Source of the DNA: Candidatus Magasanikiibacteriota bacterium
Lineage (GTDB): Bacteria > Patescibacteriota > Patescibacteriia > Magasanikbacterales > UBA922
NCBI GenBank assembly: GCA_052034405.1
Contig: JBPOIO010000001.1
Location: 67-64,066 of the forward strand
DNA: 64,000 nt
Direction of reading: 5' to 3'
Numbering within the stretch: the stretch's first letter is position 1; each line of letters opens with the position of its first letter. Shown here piece by piece: positions 1 to 9,385 of the stretch. Below the pieces are notes generated by a model, which had not been told where the DNA came from, did no database searches, and was given only the letters and a program-made list of their open reading frames with translations. The translations under genes were made by a program, and so were the position numbers.

Positions 1-537
1 GGCGCGGTGGGGGGGGGGGGGGGGGGGGGGGGCCGGATCGGCGTTGGGCGCCGCAGCCGGCCGGTTCCGGATCACCTCGGTCACGGGGCCCGGGGTGTGG
101 GTGGGCGCCGCGGCGGGGGCGGCCGGCGTCTGGACGACGACGGGGGCCACGACCACGGCGGGGGGCGGGGGCTGGATGCCGAGGTCGGCCACCGACGGCA
201 CCGGCTCGGTGATCGTCTCCGCGGCGGGGGCGGGCGGGGCGGCGGAGGTGGGGGCGTTGTCCTCGTCCGTGGCGCGGAGCGCGGCCAAGAGGGCCGCGTT
301 CTCCTCGGCCGACGGGCCACGCTCCGCGGCGGGGGCGTCGGTCTCGGTCACGGGGGCCGGCGTGGGCGCCGTGACGGTCTCGACCTCGGGGGCCGGGGCC
401 GGCGCGGGGGCGGGCGCCGCCTCGTATGCCGGGAGGGCGGAGCCCTCCGGCAACAAGACGAGATCGCCGGCGCAGCCGGCACACACCGTGGTATCATTCG
501 CCTGGGTCCGGAGGGCCGCGGGGCAGCCCATGTTCAT
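1..537 (-). CDS. Partial CDS (N-terminal part, runs off the window edge) from a high-GC organism; Cys-containing N-terminus followed by a Pro/Ala-rich linker
   Basis: Hand translation of the minus frame from the ATG at 537 is open to position 1 (MNMGCPAALRTQANDTTVCAGCAGDLVLLPEG...APAPAPAPEVETV...). It is absent from the ORF track, presumably because no stop lies in the window. In ~75% GC DNA all frames are open, so coding status is uncertain. Confidence 0.25.
   Translation of the reverse strand, partial: MNMGCPAALRTQANDTTVCAGCAGDLVLLPEGSALPAYEAAPAPAPAPAPEVETVTAPTPAPVTETDAPAAERGPSAEENAALLAALRATDEDNAPTSAAPPAPAAETITEPVPSVADLGIQPPPPAVVVAPVVVQTPAAPAAAPTHTPGPVTEVIRNRPAAAPNADPAPPPPPPPHRA
9..32. repeat. 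24-nt poly-G homopolymer run at the contig start, inside a ~75% GC segment
   Basis: Read directly in the sequence as an uninterrupted G run. Typical of a sequencing or assembly artefact, or of a very high-GC foreign fragment. Confidence 0.9.
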
Positions 538-634
538 GCAGGTTTTCACTGGGATTTTCCTCTCATCAAGGGGTTGATTGGGCTCCCGGAATTGGGGCCC
601 TGTCTAGGACAAGGGCACCCAACACGGGGCCCGG

Positions 635-678
635 GGAACGCGAAGAGGCATCATATATATAATACTTCTTCGCGTTCC
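635..678. repeat. Perfect 11-bp inverted repeat (ggaacgcgaag / cttcgcgttcc) with a 22-nt AT-rich loop, located exactly at the high-GC/low-GC boundary
   Basis: Arms at 635-645 and 668-678 are exact reverse complements. GC content drops sharply just downstream. Confidence 0.7.
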
Positions 679-920
679 CCTTCCCTTTTGAGAAGAGTTT
701 TTTTGTTTACCTAACATCAATTGTAAAGGACATCTACCGAGCTGGATTTGTGGTATTTCGCTTGTTACAGCAAAATACTCAGCTACCATGCTCAGCTGAG
801 AGAAAAAATATTCTTCTCTTAGCTGGACCAAGTAACTACAGAGTAACCACTTTCCATTCTTTTTAAAGAACAGCGAACTATATCATATTTCAAGGATCTT
901 GTCAAGACACCTCGGTGGAC

Positions 921-958
921 AAAAAAAGACGCCCCAGCTTGGGACGTCTCTTTTTTTC
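921..958. terminator. Bidirectional rho-independent terminator (A-run, 9-bp stem with one mismatch, T-run) downstream of the giant minus-strand gene
   Basis: aaaaaaagacgcccc-agctt-gggacgtct-ttttttt. The stop of the 963..6440 gene is adjacent. Confidence 0.6.
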
Positions 959-962
959 TTTT

Positions 963-3900
963 TTAGGAAGCGGCGGACATTCTGTCTATTTTGTCAAAAG
1001 CATCTTCCATACGTACATCTTCGATGACTTTATCCAAAAATCTTTTTATAGATCGCTCTTCAAAGTGTTCCAAATCTGCTGGCAGATCACGAGTATTGGT
1101 CCACTCTCCACTATTTATCGCCTGGATATCGTCTTTGCTTATTCCCACTATATGTGGACGAAGTTCACGCTGAATCTTCCAAGCCGTTGTATGTTTGCTT
1201 GCCATTCCCTCTTGAAAGGTTTTGCTGGCTATTGCTTGTTGCTGTCGCATTTCTGAAAGCATGGGACCCAATTTTTCCTGAACCTTTGGATCATTCATGT
1301 TGAGTTTGAAATGTTCTTGGATAAATCGCTCAAGTCCGTTATCTTTATACAAAGCATCGCGATGCTCAAGAATATATCCATAGTTGCGAAGCATTTGAAC
1401 TTGTTCTGGAGCATCTCCAAAACGATGTTCGGCTTCTGAGGTCTGCAAATATTCTGTCGAGTCTTCAAATGTCTTGAAGTGTTTTGGCTGATCGTAAATT
1501 TCTACTTGTGATTTTGCTGGATCCTCTTGAAATGGATCTTCTAGAGTAGCTTTTACAGGAGGTTTTTCAATTGGAGCAGCGCCACCTGTTTTTGAGAGTG
1601 GTTCTACATGACCAGCTTCATTGCGAACAAAGTATTGACCAGATTTTTGAAGAGATCCTGTTTTTTCGATGCTATTCAAATCACTTTCAGACAAATGATA
1701 ATCTTGCATTGCCGCAGCACGATCACTATATGATACTTCACCAGCATGCGCACCAGCTGATGCAGCAAAAGTTTGTGATGCATACTCGGCACGAGTCATA
1801 GGCTCCCAAGAACCTACACCCGTATCTGGATCTACATGCAAACGCATATATTCTGTGCGGAAACGATTTCCCACGTTTGCTCCAGTATCTACTTTGCGCC
1901 ATGCGACATCTCCATCTTGAAGTTCACGATTTGGAAGGTTCCATTTTTCTACCACGTTATGTCCCTTGTTATCCATGAACAGTCCGGTCACTTCTGGTTT
2001 TTTGAAGAGAATCAAATCTTTTTCAATAGTCTCGGGTGTAGTGTTCAGGTTAAAGTCATCCATATGGAGATTGCCCGAACCAAGTGATGCTATTCTTTGT
2101 CGTATACGATCAAGATCTTCATCGCTATTAAATGGTTTTTCTGGAGCTTTTGTTTCGTGGTGAGCATAGGCACGTGGAGCATGATGCGATACAAAACGTT
2201 CATCTACTACTTGAAGGTGTGGCCCTTTGTTGTCAAAGACCACTTCAATTTTTGCTCCTGGCTGCAATGTTTTGGTATAGAGCCAATCACCATTTCCTTT
2301 TGGAATACGAACACCAAATTTTTCTACTTCTTCTACACGCCATCGATGAAGAATGTCTTTGTTTACAAAATTTTCAAGACGATCGCCAGAAAGTCTCATG
2401 GCATTGCCTTTGGCAAGAGAAGAACGAAGCCAATCACTGTGATTTTCACGGATAGATCCCAAAATACGAGGACCAACTTCGCTGTCACCTTGAAAATGAT
2501 TGGCAGCATTGAGAAGTCCGTCACCACGACCAACAGTGAATGAAGGATTTGCTACATTTGAGGTTTCGATTGGAGGCAACTGTGGAGGGCCTTGGTCAAT
2601 ATATCCAAGATTCCCTGAAGCAGATCCCCCACCCGCGGCAATGAGCGATGGATTCTGTGGACCTGGGTCTGTACCATTTGCATTCGCAGAAGTTTCTTTA
2701 TTTGCATTTGCTGGATAAAAATCATCTGGAAAAAGTGCATGACGAAGTCCATCAATACCCATACCAACTCCGGCACCAATACCACCGGCAATAACACCCG
2801 TCTTGATACCCGCAATGGCTTTGTCACCCAAACTTGCAATACGCTGCGCTTCAAAAATAAGTTCTTCGGCCTGACGACGACTGTTTTCATCACCTTTTTC
2901 AAGAAGAAGTCTGGCTTTGGTCAAAAGTTTTCGTTGACCTGCTTCTATTACACGACCTTCATTTTGTGCAGCTTCCATACCTTTCATACCCGCAATGATT
3001 CCAAATCGAGTGGCTGCACGACGTGCGGTCGAATCAATAAATTCTGTTCCCATGTTGAATCCAGTACGTGGCAAAAATGATGCCAAGGTGAAACCAACCG
3101 CACCATTCCAAAGTGCTGCTGCAGCAGTACCTTTCCAAAAGTCTGCTTTGTTTGCAGAGTACAAACTTCGTTTTTCTCCAGAAACACCTTCGGCACCACG
3201 AGTAACACGGTCCCAAGCATTTCGGAAAAATGAACTTTTGTTGCTTTGAAGACGAACAGCTTTGGAATAGGCAGTCGAAGGGTTATTTTCGTCGTGAATC
3301 AAAAGCGCACGTTCAAGACGCATTTCGGTGAGGTATTCTTCCATTTTTTCTGCTTGTGGAAGAAGTACTGCCATATCTTCTTTTGACATGTTTTTGACGT
3401 GGTCAAACATTTTCAAATATTGTGCCTGTTCGTGTTGAATACGTGTATCCAAAGATTTTGCATGAACAAGTCCCTCTGTACCACCTTCTACATTGTGTTC
3501 CAAAATAGCTTCAAGAACAGAAAGCATACGCTCTTCCCCCACATGTCTTTCTTTTGTCAAAAATCCATCTTTGATACGGGCATAGACCTGTTCTTTTATA
3601 TGATCTCGTTTTTCCATTTTTTGCTCAAATTTTGATCGGTCAGAAATTCTTTGAGCAATAGTTGAAAAAATACCTACAGTCGCAGCGGTCGCACGAGCAC
3701 TAATAGAAGTTTGTGCCCACTTATTGAGAGCAAGAATTGCTGTAGATGTTGCAGCACCTGTCAAAATACCAACTTTACTATTGGACCAAGTTTTTTCAAT
3801 CCATTTTTGAATTTTTCCTTTTTTCTTTGAAGCACCATGTCCGCCATGACCTCCATGGCCACCGTGATCACCATGTGCACCATGACCTTCTTCTTTTTCT

Positions 3901-6440
3901 GACATCAATTCACGAAGTTCTTCGTCACACTCAATCATACCTTGCAGATCGCGTGCCACCATCTGGTCAATAACATTGTGCAAAACAAGCCATCCTTCGG
4001 ATCGCCACTGCTCTTCAAAGGCAGCAAAACTTGTAAATCCACGAGCCATTACACGCTCCGTGAGAGCTGCTTTTTGTTCGGGATTCAAGTGTGAAAACAA
4101 ATTTTGCATTTCGGCTTCGACATCTCGCATGAGGCGTTCACCAAGTTCAAATTGTTCAAAAGAAGCGCGTGCAAATCGTTCGTGAATGGCACTCAGACGC
4201 TCTCTACCCAAGACTTCAAATGCATACTCGAGAGTCTGGTATTTTGGTGCTTCGTTTTCAAGCTTTTGAACATGTGCTTTTTTTGTTTCGGCTTCGGCTG
4301 CAGCTTGCTGCGAGGCTATCTCTTCTGCGGCCAATGCTGCCGCTACCTCTGCAGCAACACGAGTAGCTTCAATTTGCTCGGGTGTTGAAGAAGCAAGAGG
4401 TGGAACATCTGCAGTATTTGAATCACTCGAAGTTGCCAATAACTCTGGACCCGGAACAGCATCCAAAGAAGTATCTCCACTATCCATATCTGAAGCAGCA
4501 GGAACAAATTCTTCTACTTCTTCACTTTCTACAAAAGTATTTTCTTCTTTTCCCCAAAGACGTAATTTCAATCTTTTAAATTGAGATGCAAAAATCTTTT
4601 CTTCACGAGATCGAGATACAAAACCCGACAAATCTTGTTTGAGTTGTTGAACGACAACAAATCTTTCTTTCAAGTTTACACGAAGAACTCGAAGTGGTGT
4701 TTTACCACCATTGTGTCCACTTGATGCAAGATTTTGTCCAACTTTCAAGGTCAAATCACCAGCATGAAGAGGTGGACGATTTTCAATAAGTTGTTCTGTC
4801 ACGCTTGCTCCAGCTGGAAGCTCTTTTTCAAAAAATTCAATAGGACGAACTAATGTATCAATACCATCGGTCACCACTGCCATAAGTTTTTTTGTATTTC
4901 CTCTTGGCATAGCAATAATATCGACAAGACGAACTTTTGCACAAATTTTTTCTCTTTCTGCAGGAAGATCTGAAGAGGAATCTTCTGTAGATTCACTAAA
5001 ATCTCTTGATTTTAAGTAAATTGTATCACCAAGAGAAAATGGAAGCGATTCAAAAACATCGACACTCGAATCTCTTGAAAGAGTTTGTATTTGTTCTGCT
5101 ACACGAGCATCTATATCTGGCATTGTATCTGTTATAGCGACGTGGTTAAAATCGTTTCCACGAAGAACTACTTCTTCAACAGGCTCAACATAATGCCATA
5201 CACCACCACGAGATTCAACTTTTCTTCCTACAGCTTGAGGAACTTCTGAACGAATAACACGATCAAGAGCCACAAAAGAAATACTCTTATCTGCAGCAGT
5301 ATGTAACAAAATTTGTCCGCGTTGAATTTCTTTATCATTGACAATAATAGGGTTTCGTTCTGTTATCTCGGTATGTACAACAGCATCATCCGCAGGTTTT
5401 TCTTTACTCAATCTTCGTGAAGAAAATGGTCGAAGTGAATTTCCATCCGTAACAATAACATCTTTTCCGTCAATCAAGTCGACACTGCCAAGAGCAATAA
5501 GACGACGAAATGAAGCATCTCTATTTTCTGTAAATACAGTATCACCAAAAGCAAAGGGATTTTTTTCTCTTCTTTCTGAACGAGGAGCACGTTCTCGTGT
5601 AGGAGCTGAGGCTGGCTCGCTCGCAGACGCCGCAGAAATTTCTACACTTGGAGCAGGTACAGATTCAGGAGAAAGATTACTTGGTGCTTCAGCAAGAAGA
5701 CCCAAAGATTGCAATTTTACTATTGCAAGTTCTTTATTGAATTTTCGATGTCGTCCTTTACCCGAAATGATTCCATCTTTGTACAAAGCTTCAAGAGCGC
5801 GGCCTACTGCAGAAGGATCTGAAAGTCCAAGATCCGAAGCAATAACTCCAGGATTTAACACTCCACTCTTATAAATATTCAATAAAACATTTTGATATGT
5901 TTGTTCGTCAAATGTGAGAGCTGCTTCTGGCGCAGCGATAGCTGATTCAGGAGCTGCTTCCCCTGCTGCCGTGTCTGAGCCAGAGGCAGAAGGTTCAGGC
6001 TCAGCATCTGGAGCGATGCGAGGAATTTCAACAGTAATACCTGCCTCAGCAGCGATTTTTTTAATTGTATCGATACTCGTAGCATCTAAAACTGTACTTG
6101 ATGTAGTGAGTGACTCTAATGTATTTTTGAGTGTACGCAAACGGTCAAGAGAAGCCTGCAAAAGTTGAGAGGTTTCTACATATTGTTCACTTCCTACTAC
6201 GAGCTTTTTTAATTGTTTCAAACCTTTATCAATAGTTGAAAAAGCTTCTCCAACAGCATCAGCAAGATGAGAAATTTCTGGAGGAAATTCTAATGCCAAA
6301 GCGTTAAATCTTTTTTCAAGCGCACTTTTATCACTTCGAAGTTGCGACTGTGTTTTTGGCTCCAAAGAAGGAGTCCCTTCTGCGGCATTTTCTGGAGCTG
6401 TAACTTTTCTAGTTCGAGTAGCCATATACAAATTAATCAA
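963..6440 (-). CDS. Giant (1825 aa) multidomain hypothetical protein: coiled-coil N-terminus, His-Gly repeat (HGAHGDHGGHGGHGGHG), hydrophobic/glycine-zipper segments, large C-terminal region of unknown function
   Basis: Single uninterrupted 5.5-kb ORF. Low-complexity HG repeat at nt ~3830-3890. Membrane-like segments ILTGAATSTAILALNKWAQTSISARATAATVGIFSTIAQ and IKTGVIAGGIGAGVGMGIDG. No recognisable catalytic motif. Alternative start at Met6 (6425) would remove the overlap with the upstream small ORF. Confidence 0.8.
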   Translation of the reverse strand: MINLYMATRTRKVTAPENAAEGTPSLEPKTQSQLRSDKSALEKRFNALALEFPPEISHLADAVGEAFSTIDKGLKQLKKLVVGSEQYVETSQLLQASLDRLRTLKNTLESLTTSSTVLDATSIDTIKKIAAEAGITVEIPRIAPDAEPEPSASGSDTAAGEAAPESAIAAPEAALTFDEQTYQNVLLNIYKSGVLNPGVIASDLGLSDPSAVGRALEALYKDGIISGKGRHRKFNKELAIVKLQSLGLLAEAPSNLSPESVPAPSVEISAASASEPASAPTRERAPRSERREKNPFAFGDTVFTENRDASFRRLIALGSVDLIDGKDVIVTDGNSLRPFSSRRLSKEKPADDAVVHTEITERNPIIVNDKEIQRGQILLHTAADKSISFVALDRVIRSEVPQAVGRKVESRGGVWHYVEPVEEVVLRGNDFNHVAITDTMPDIDARVAEQIQTLSRDSSVDVFESLPFSLGDTIYLKSRDFSESTEDSSSDLPAEREKICAKVRLVDIIAMPRGNTKKLMAVVTDGIDTLVRPIEFFEKELPAGASVTEQLIENRPPLHAGDLTLKVGQNLASSGHNGGKTPLRVLRVNLKERFVVVQQLKQDLSGFVSRSREEKIFASQFKRLKLRLWGKEENTFVESEEVEEFVPAASDMDSGDTSLDAVPGPELLATSSDSNTADVPPLASSTPEQIEATRVAAEVAAALAAEEIASQQAAAEAETKKAHVQKLENEAPKYQTLEYAFEVLGRERLSAIHERFARASFEQFELGERLMRDVEAEMQNLFSHLNPEQKAALTERVMARGFTSFAAFEEQWRSEGWLVLHNVIDQMVARDLQGMIECDEELRELMSEKEEGHGAHGDHGGHGGHGGHGASKKKGKIQKWIEKTWSNSKVGILTGAATSTAILALNKWAQTSISARATAATVGIFSTIAQRISDRSKFEQKMEKRDHIKEQVYARIKDGFLTKERHVGEERMLSVLEAILEHNVEGGTEGLVHAKSLDTRIQHEQAQYLKMFDHVKNMSKEDMAVLLPQAEKMEEYLTEMRLERALLIHDENNPSTAYSKAVRLQSNKSSFFRNAWDRVTRGAEGVSGEKRSLYSANKADFWKGTAAAALWNGAVGFTLASFLPRTGFNMGTEFIDSTARRAATRFGIIAGMKGMEAAQNEGRVIEAGQRKLLTKARLLLEKGDENSRRQAEELIFEAQRIASLGDKAIAGIKTGVIAGGIGAGVGMGIDGLRHALFPDDFYPANANKETSANANGTDPGPQNPSLIAAGGGSASGNLGYIDQGPPQLPPIETSNVANPSFTVGRGDGLLNAANHFQGDSEVGPRILGSIRENHSDWLRSSLAKGNAMRLSGDRLENFVNKDILHRWRVEEVEKFGVRIPKGNGDWLYTKTLQPGAKIEVVFDNKGPHLQVVDERFVSHHAPRAYAHHETKAPEKPFNSDEDLDRIRQRIASLGSGNLHMDDFNLNTTPETIEKDLILFKKPEVTGLFMDNKGHNVVEKWNLPNRELQDGDVAWRKVDTGANVGNRFRTEYMRLHVDPDTGVGSWEPMTRAEYASQTFAASAGAHAGEVSYSDRAAAMQDYHLSESDLNSIEKTGSLQKSGQYFVRNEAGHVEPLSKTGGAAPIEKPPVKATLEDPFQEDPAKSQVEIYDQPKHFKTFEDSTEYLQTSEAEHRFGDAPEQVQMLRNYGYILEHRDALYKDNGLERFIQEHFKLNMNDPKVQEKLGPMLSEMRQQQAIASKTFQEGMASKHTTAWKIQRELRPHIVGISKDDIQAINSGEWTNTRDLPADLEHFEERSIKRFLDKVIEDVRMEDAFDKIDRMSAAS

Positions 6441-6633
6441 TAGTATTTATGATAGAATGAAGAATATTTTTTATTTTTTCTTTTTCATTTTTTTCTTCGA
6501 GATTTATTTGCAATTTTTTCATTTCACCCTGAAGTTTCAAGAGTTGTTCTTGCATTTTTTTGTAGATATCAATAATCATCAAATACTTTTGTTCTTGTTC
6601 GGGGGTCAAATTTGTATTTGGAAGATTTAACAT
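6433..6633 (-). CDS. Small coiled-coil protein (66 aa), hypothetical
   Basis: Heptad-like K/E/L-rich ORF packed tightly between two co-directional genes. Confidence 0.4.
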   Translation of the reverse strand: MLNLPNTNLTPEQEQKYLMIIDIYKKMQEQLLKLQGEMKKLQINLEEKNEKEKIKNILHSIINTID

Positions 6634-6637
6634 ATAC

Positions 6638-6952
6638 TTAGGCTAAAAGAGTGACCATCTCACTTGAAAAAGCCACAACAATTTTTTGAAGTTCAGCTTC
6701 AAAGTTTGGGATCGCAGTATGCCAAAAATTACTCCATGCTTCGGGAGTAGTATTTTCATTGTCAATCATAGAAACAAACTCTTTGAGCTGGGCTTCGGAA
6801 AGTCTTGCAGTAAATTCGTTGGAAATACGACGTTCGAGCTGCACCTGAAATTGTGGAATGTAAGTACGTTTTTGAGCATCTGTAAGAGTCATTCCCGCTT
6901 GATCAAAAAGTGAAAGAATTGTACTTTCAAAAAAATCTTGAGGAACTATCAT
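6638..6952 (-). CDS. Hypothetical protein (104 aa)
   Basis: ORF co-directional with and tightly packed against its neighbours. No recognisable motif. Confidence 0.45.
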   Translation of the reverse strand: MIVPQDFFESTILSLFDQAGMTLTDAQKRTYIPQFQVQLERRISNEFTARLSEAQLKEFVSMIDNENTTPEAWSNFWHTAIPNFEAELQKIVVAFSSEMVTLLA

Positions 6953-7019
6953 AAAAAAGTATTAAAATAATATGGAATGCTTTTAGTATACACTTTTTTT
7001 GTATTTTTGTACAAAAATA

Positions 7020-8750
7020 TTATGAAATTTTTATTGCTTGTGCACCTGGAGACGTAAATAAAGCATTCCAAAATTGACGCGGACGCTCAAAAACATTTGC
7101 AGTCTTGCCAATACAATACAAAGTGTTCCCCTCAACCCTTTGAACAGTCAAATGAAAGTCATAGGGAGTTCCATCTTTTTGAAAACCACGAAAACGATAG
7201 CTATCCCCAGGCTTTGGTTCTGGAGCTTCTAACTTTTCAATGTGTGTTTTTGGATTTTCAACAATAGTATTCCACCAAGAACGTGGCTGTCTTTGTTCCT
7301 GCCCTGGTTTTGTAAAGTCAACAAATACTATTTCAGTTGCGCTGATGTCCACAATATGAAAAGAAAAACAAATGGTTCTCGTTTTACCAGGAGTTCTTAC
7401 CACATAGCTCTCCCCTACTTTAATTTTTTCTTTTGAAAAATCAGGGACTTCGGATTTTTCAGAAGGTAAATCCAAAAGATCTTTGAAACTTTGTCGAGGC
7501 AAAGGAAGATTTTTTATACGATCAAAATCTTGTTTTTGTGCACGTGAAAAACCTCTTTGTGCAATTGCATCCCAAAGTTCTTTATCTAAAATATATTTTG
7601 CTAACAAAGAACCATCTGGATTCAACTCAGAAATTTTTATTTGATTTTTTTCCACTTTCTCTGTTGGAGCTTCAACACGAATAAGCGTATCTCCAACCAT
7701 ATAGGTTATATCTGCGGTAGGATTTCCTTCAAATTCCAGATATACATGTGCTTTTGAAGAAAAATCTAATTCCATAACAGCAATAGTAATATTGTCTCCA
7801 CCCTTGTTATATACAGGCATTGCGATCAGTACCCCGGGAGCATGCTCTATATGATAGGGAAAATCAGCATTATTTCTGTCATAAGCCATCTTAAAAAGCG
7901 CAGCCTGAAATTCAGCAGCGGTTTTACATTGATTTGAGAGCCAGGCAACTTCATACTCACTCACCAAATCCCACAGGCCATCCGAAGCCAAAACAATTCT
8001 ATCTTTATCTTGTCCAAAAAACTCTTGTCCAAGAGGTTGCTCTCCATTTTTTATTCCAAGTCCACCAGTAATAGTTGATTTTGCAAAGTGGCAATAATAT
8101 TCTTTTGAATCCAACAAAGATTGTTCAATACGTCTTGAAGGAATATTTTGCATTTGCGTAGTCCCTTCTCGAAGAATTGCCCCATTTCGAATAGTAGCAA
8201 TTTTTGAATCTCCCGAAGAAGCAAGCAAGACACGACCCGATTTTTCAACCTGAAGAGCAACACCCGTTGCATAAATACTATTACGACTTTCATTGAACGG
8301 CATCCCCTGCGCATATGCCTGAATTTTTTTTTGCTCATTAATATCCTGCAACAAAGTATGTGCAGAATACATAGCATCAAGCGGAGAAAGTCCATTTGTC
8401 AAATTTATTCCAAGATCCAAATTAGCCTTGATACTGGCCTCAAGTCCACCACCACTTCCACCAGCACCATCTATCACTGCCACAAAAATACTTTCATTTT
8501 GGGTATTACCAAATACAAAACTATCTTGATTTTCATCATCATACTTTGAATGCGGACCACCGTAGTCACTGGTTACCACTACAGGACCAAGTTTTGTTTC
8601 TACTTCTTTATGCTTTTCAGCCACTGGAACCAAATCAGGCCTCTGTTGATAACGTGCTTTGTCATAAAAAAAACGACCAATAATTTGTGCTTGCACTTTT
8701 ACTTCAGGAAGAGGTCGAAATTCTGGACCACCTTGAAATATTCCTCCCAT
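7020..8750 (-). CDS. PP2C-family Ser/Thr protein phosphatase with a ~250-aa C-terminal extension of unknown function
   Basis: PP2C motifs VAVIDGAGGSGGG, LASDGLWD and DNITIAVMEL. Confidence 0.75.
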   Translation of the reverse strand: MGGIFQGGPEFRPLPEVKVQAQIIGRFFYDKARYQQRPDLVPVAEKHKEVETKLGPVVVTSDYGGPHSKYDDENQDSFVFGNTQNESIFVAVIDGAGGSGGGLEASIKANLDLGINLTNGLSPLDAMYSAHTLLQDINEQKKIQAYAQGMPFNESRNSIYATGVALQVEKSGRVLLASSGDSKIATIRNGAILREGTTQMQNIPSRRIEQSLLDSKEYYCHFAKSTITGGLGIKNGEQPLGQEFFGQDKDRIVLASDGLWDLVSEYEVAWLSNQCKTAAEFQAALFKMAYDRNNADFPYHIEHAPGVLIAMPVYNKGGDNITIAVMELDFSSKAHVYLEFEGNPTADITYMVGDTLIRVEAPTEKVEKNQIKISELNPDGSLLAKYILDKELWDAIAQRGFSRAQKQDFDRIKNLPLPRQSFKDLLDLPSEKSEVPDFSKEKIKVGESYVVRTPGKTRTICFSFHIVDISATEIVFVDFTKPGQEQRQPRSWWNTIVENPKTHIEKLEAPEPKPGDSYRFRGFQKDGTPYDFHLTVQRVEGNTLYCIGKTANVFERPRQFWNALFTSPGAQAIKIS

Positions 8751-8759
8751 ACAAAAATT

Positions 8760-9377
8760 TTAAAAAAGAGAACGTGTTTTTTTTGCTAAAAAAATAGCAG
8801 AAACAAAAATACCAAGAATAAAACCAAGAGCCGCATTCAAAAGCACATTTGGACGGACTGGAAATCGTGAAACAATAGCTTTATTCACTTGTTTTATCGT
8901 CACGTCTCCCCCAACATATTCATAACCTTTTTGAACAAGAGTATCTACCACAGCACTTGCCAAAATATTTGCCTGTGCAGGATCGTGGTGATAAGCACTT
9001 ATATTGAGTACCCCTGTACCAAATACAACTGATCCATCAACAGTCTTTTGCCAACGTTTTGTCCGAATACGATCGGTCACATTTTGAAATTGACTTTTGT
9101 CAAAGCTCGCTGGTACCACAGTCATCACTTTATCAAAAAAATCTTGTGTTTTCATGACTTGTGTAATGTTTTGTCCTACTTGTTCTGCAGATTTTACAAC
9201 TGTATAAGGATCCACTCCGTAGCGGGATTTGGAAATAATATACACCGCAGCATCTGCTCTATACTCAAGTGGTAACAAAAGAGAAAGAGAACTTACAATA
9301 AGAGCTGACAAAATTCCCCACAAAAAACAGGTCTTCCACTGTCTTGAAAGAGCTGTCATTGGATGTGAATAGGACAT
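8760..9377 (-). CDS. Wzz/CapA-like polysaccharide chain-length-determinant domain membrane protein
   Basis: One N-terminal and one C-terminal TM helix flanking a periplasmic-type domain (YIISKSRY..., LNISAYHHDPAQANILA) typical of the Wzz/YveK family. Confidence 0.5.
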   Translation of the reverse strand: MSYSHPMTALSRQWKTCFLWGILSALIVSSLSLLLPLEYRADAAVYIISKSRYGVDPYTVVKSAEQVGQNITQVMKTQDFFDKVMTVVPASFDKSQFQNVTDRIRTKRWQKTVDGSVVFGTGVLNISAYHHDPAQANILASAVVDTLVQKGYEYVGGDVTIKQVNKAIVSRFPVRPNVLLNAALGFILGIFVSAIFLAKKTRSLF

Positions 9378-9385
9378 AGAGAAAA

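Noticed and set aside
7-714. Plus-strand ORFs 7..714, 44..577 and minus 81..320 in the GC-rich leader with Gly/Arg/Pro-rich translations
   Set aside because: Low-complexity products of a poly-G run and 75% GC DNA where every frame is open. Not supported as genes. Only the minus frame from 537 has a plausible N-terminus and even that is low confidence.
3830-3890. Short periodic repeat (HGGHGG-coding) considered as possible CRISPR/minisatellite
   Set aside because: It is a 6-9-nt coding periodicity inside an ORF with no spacer/repeat structure. No CRISPR array exists in the window.
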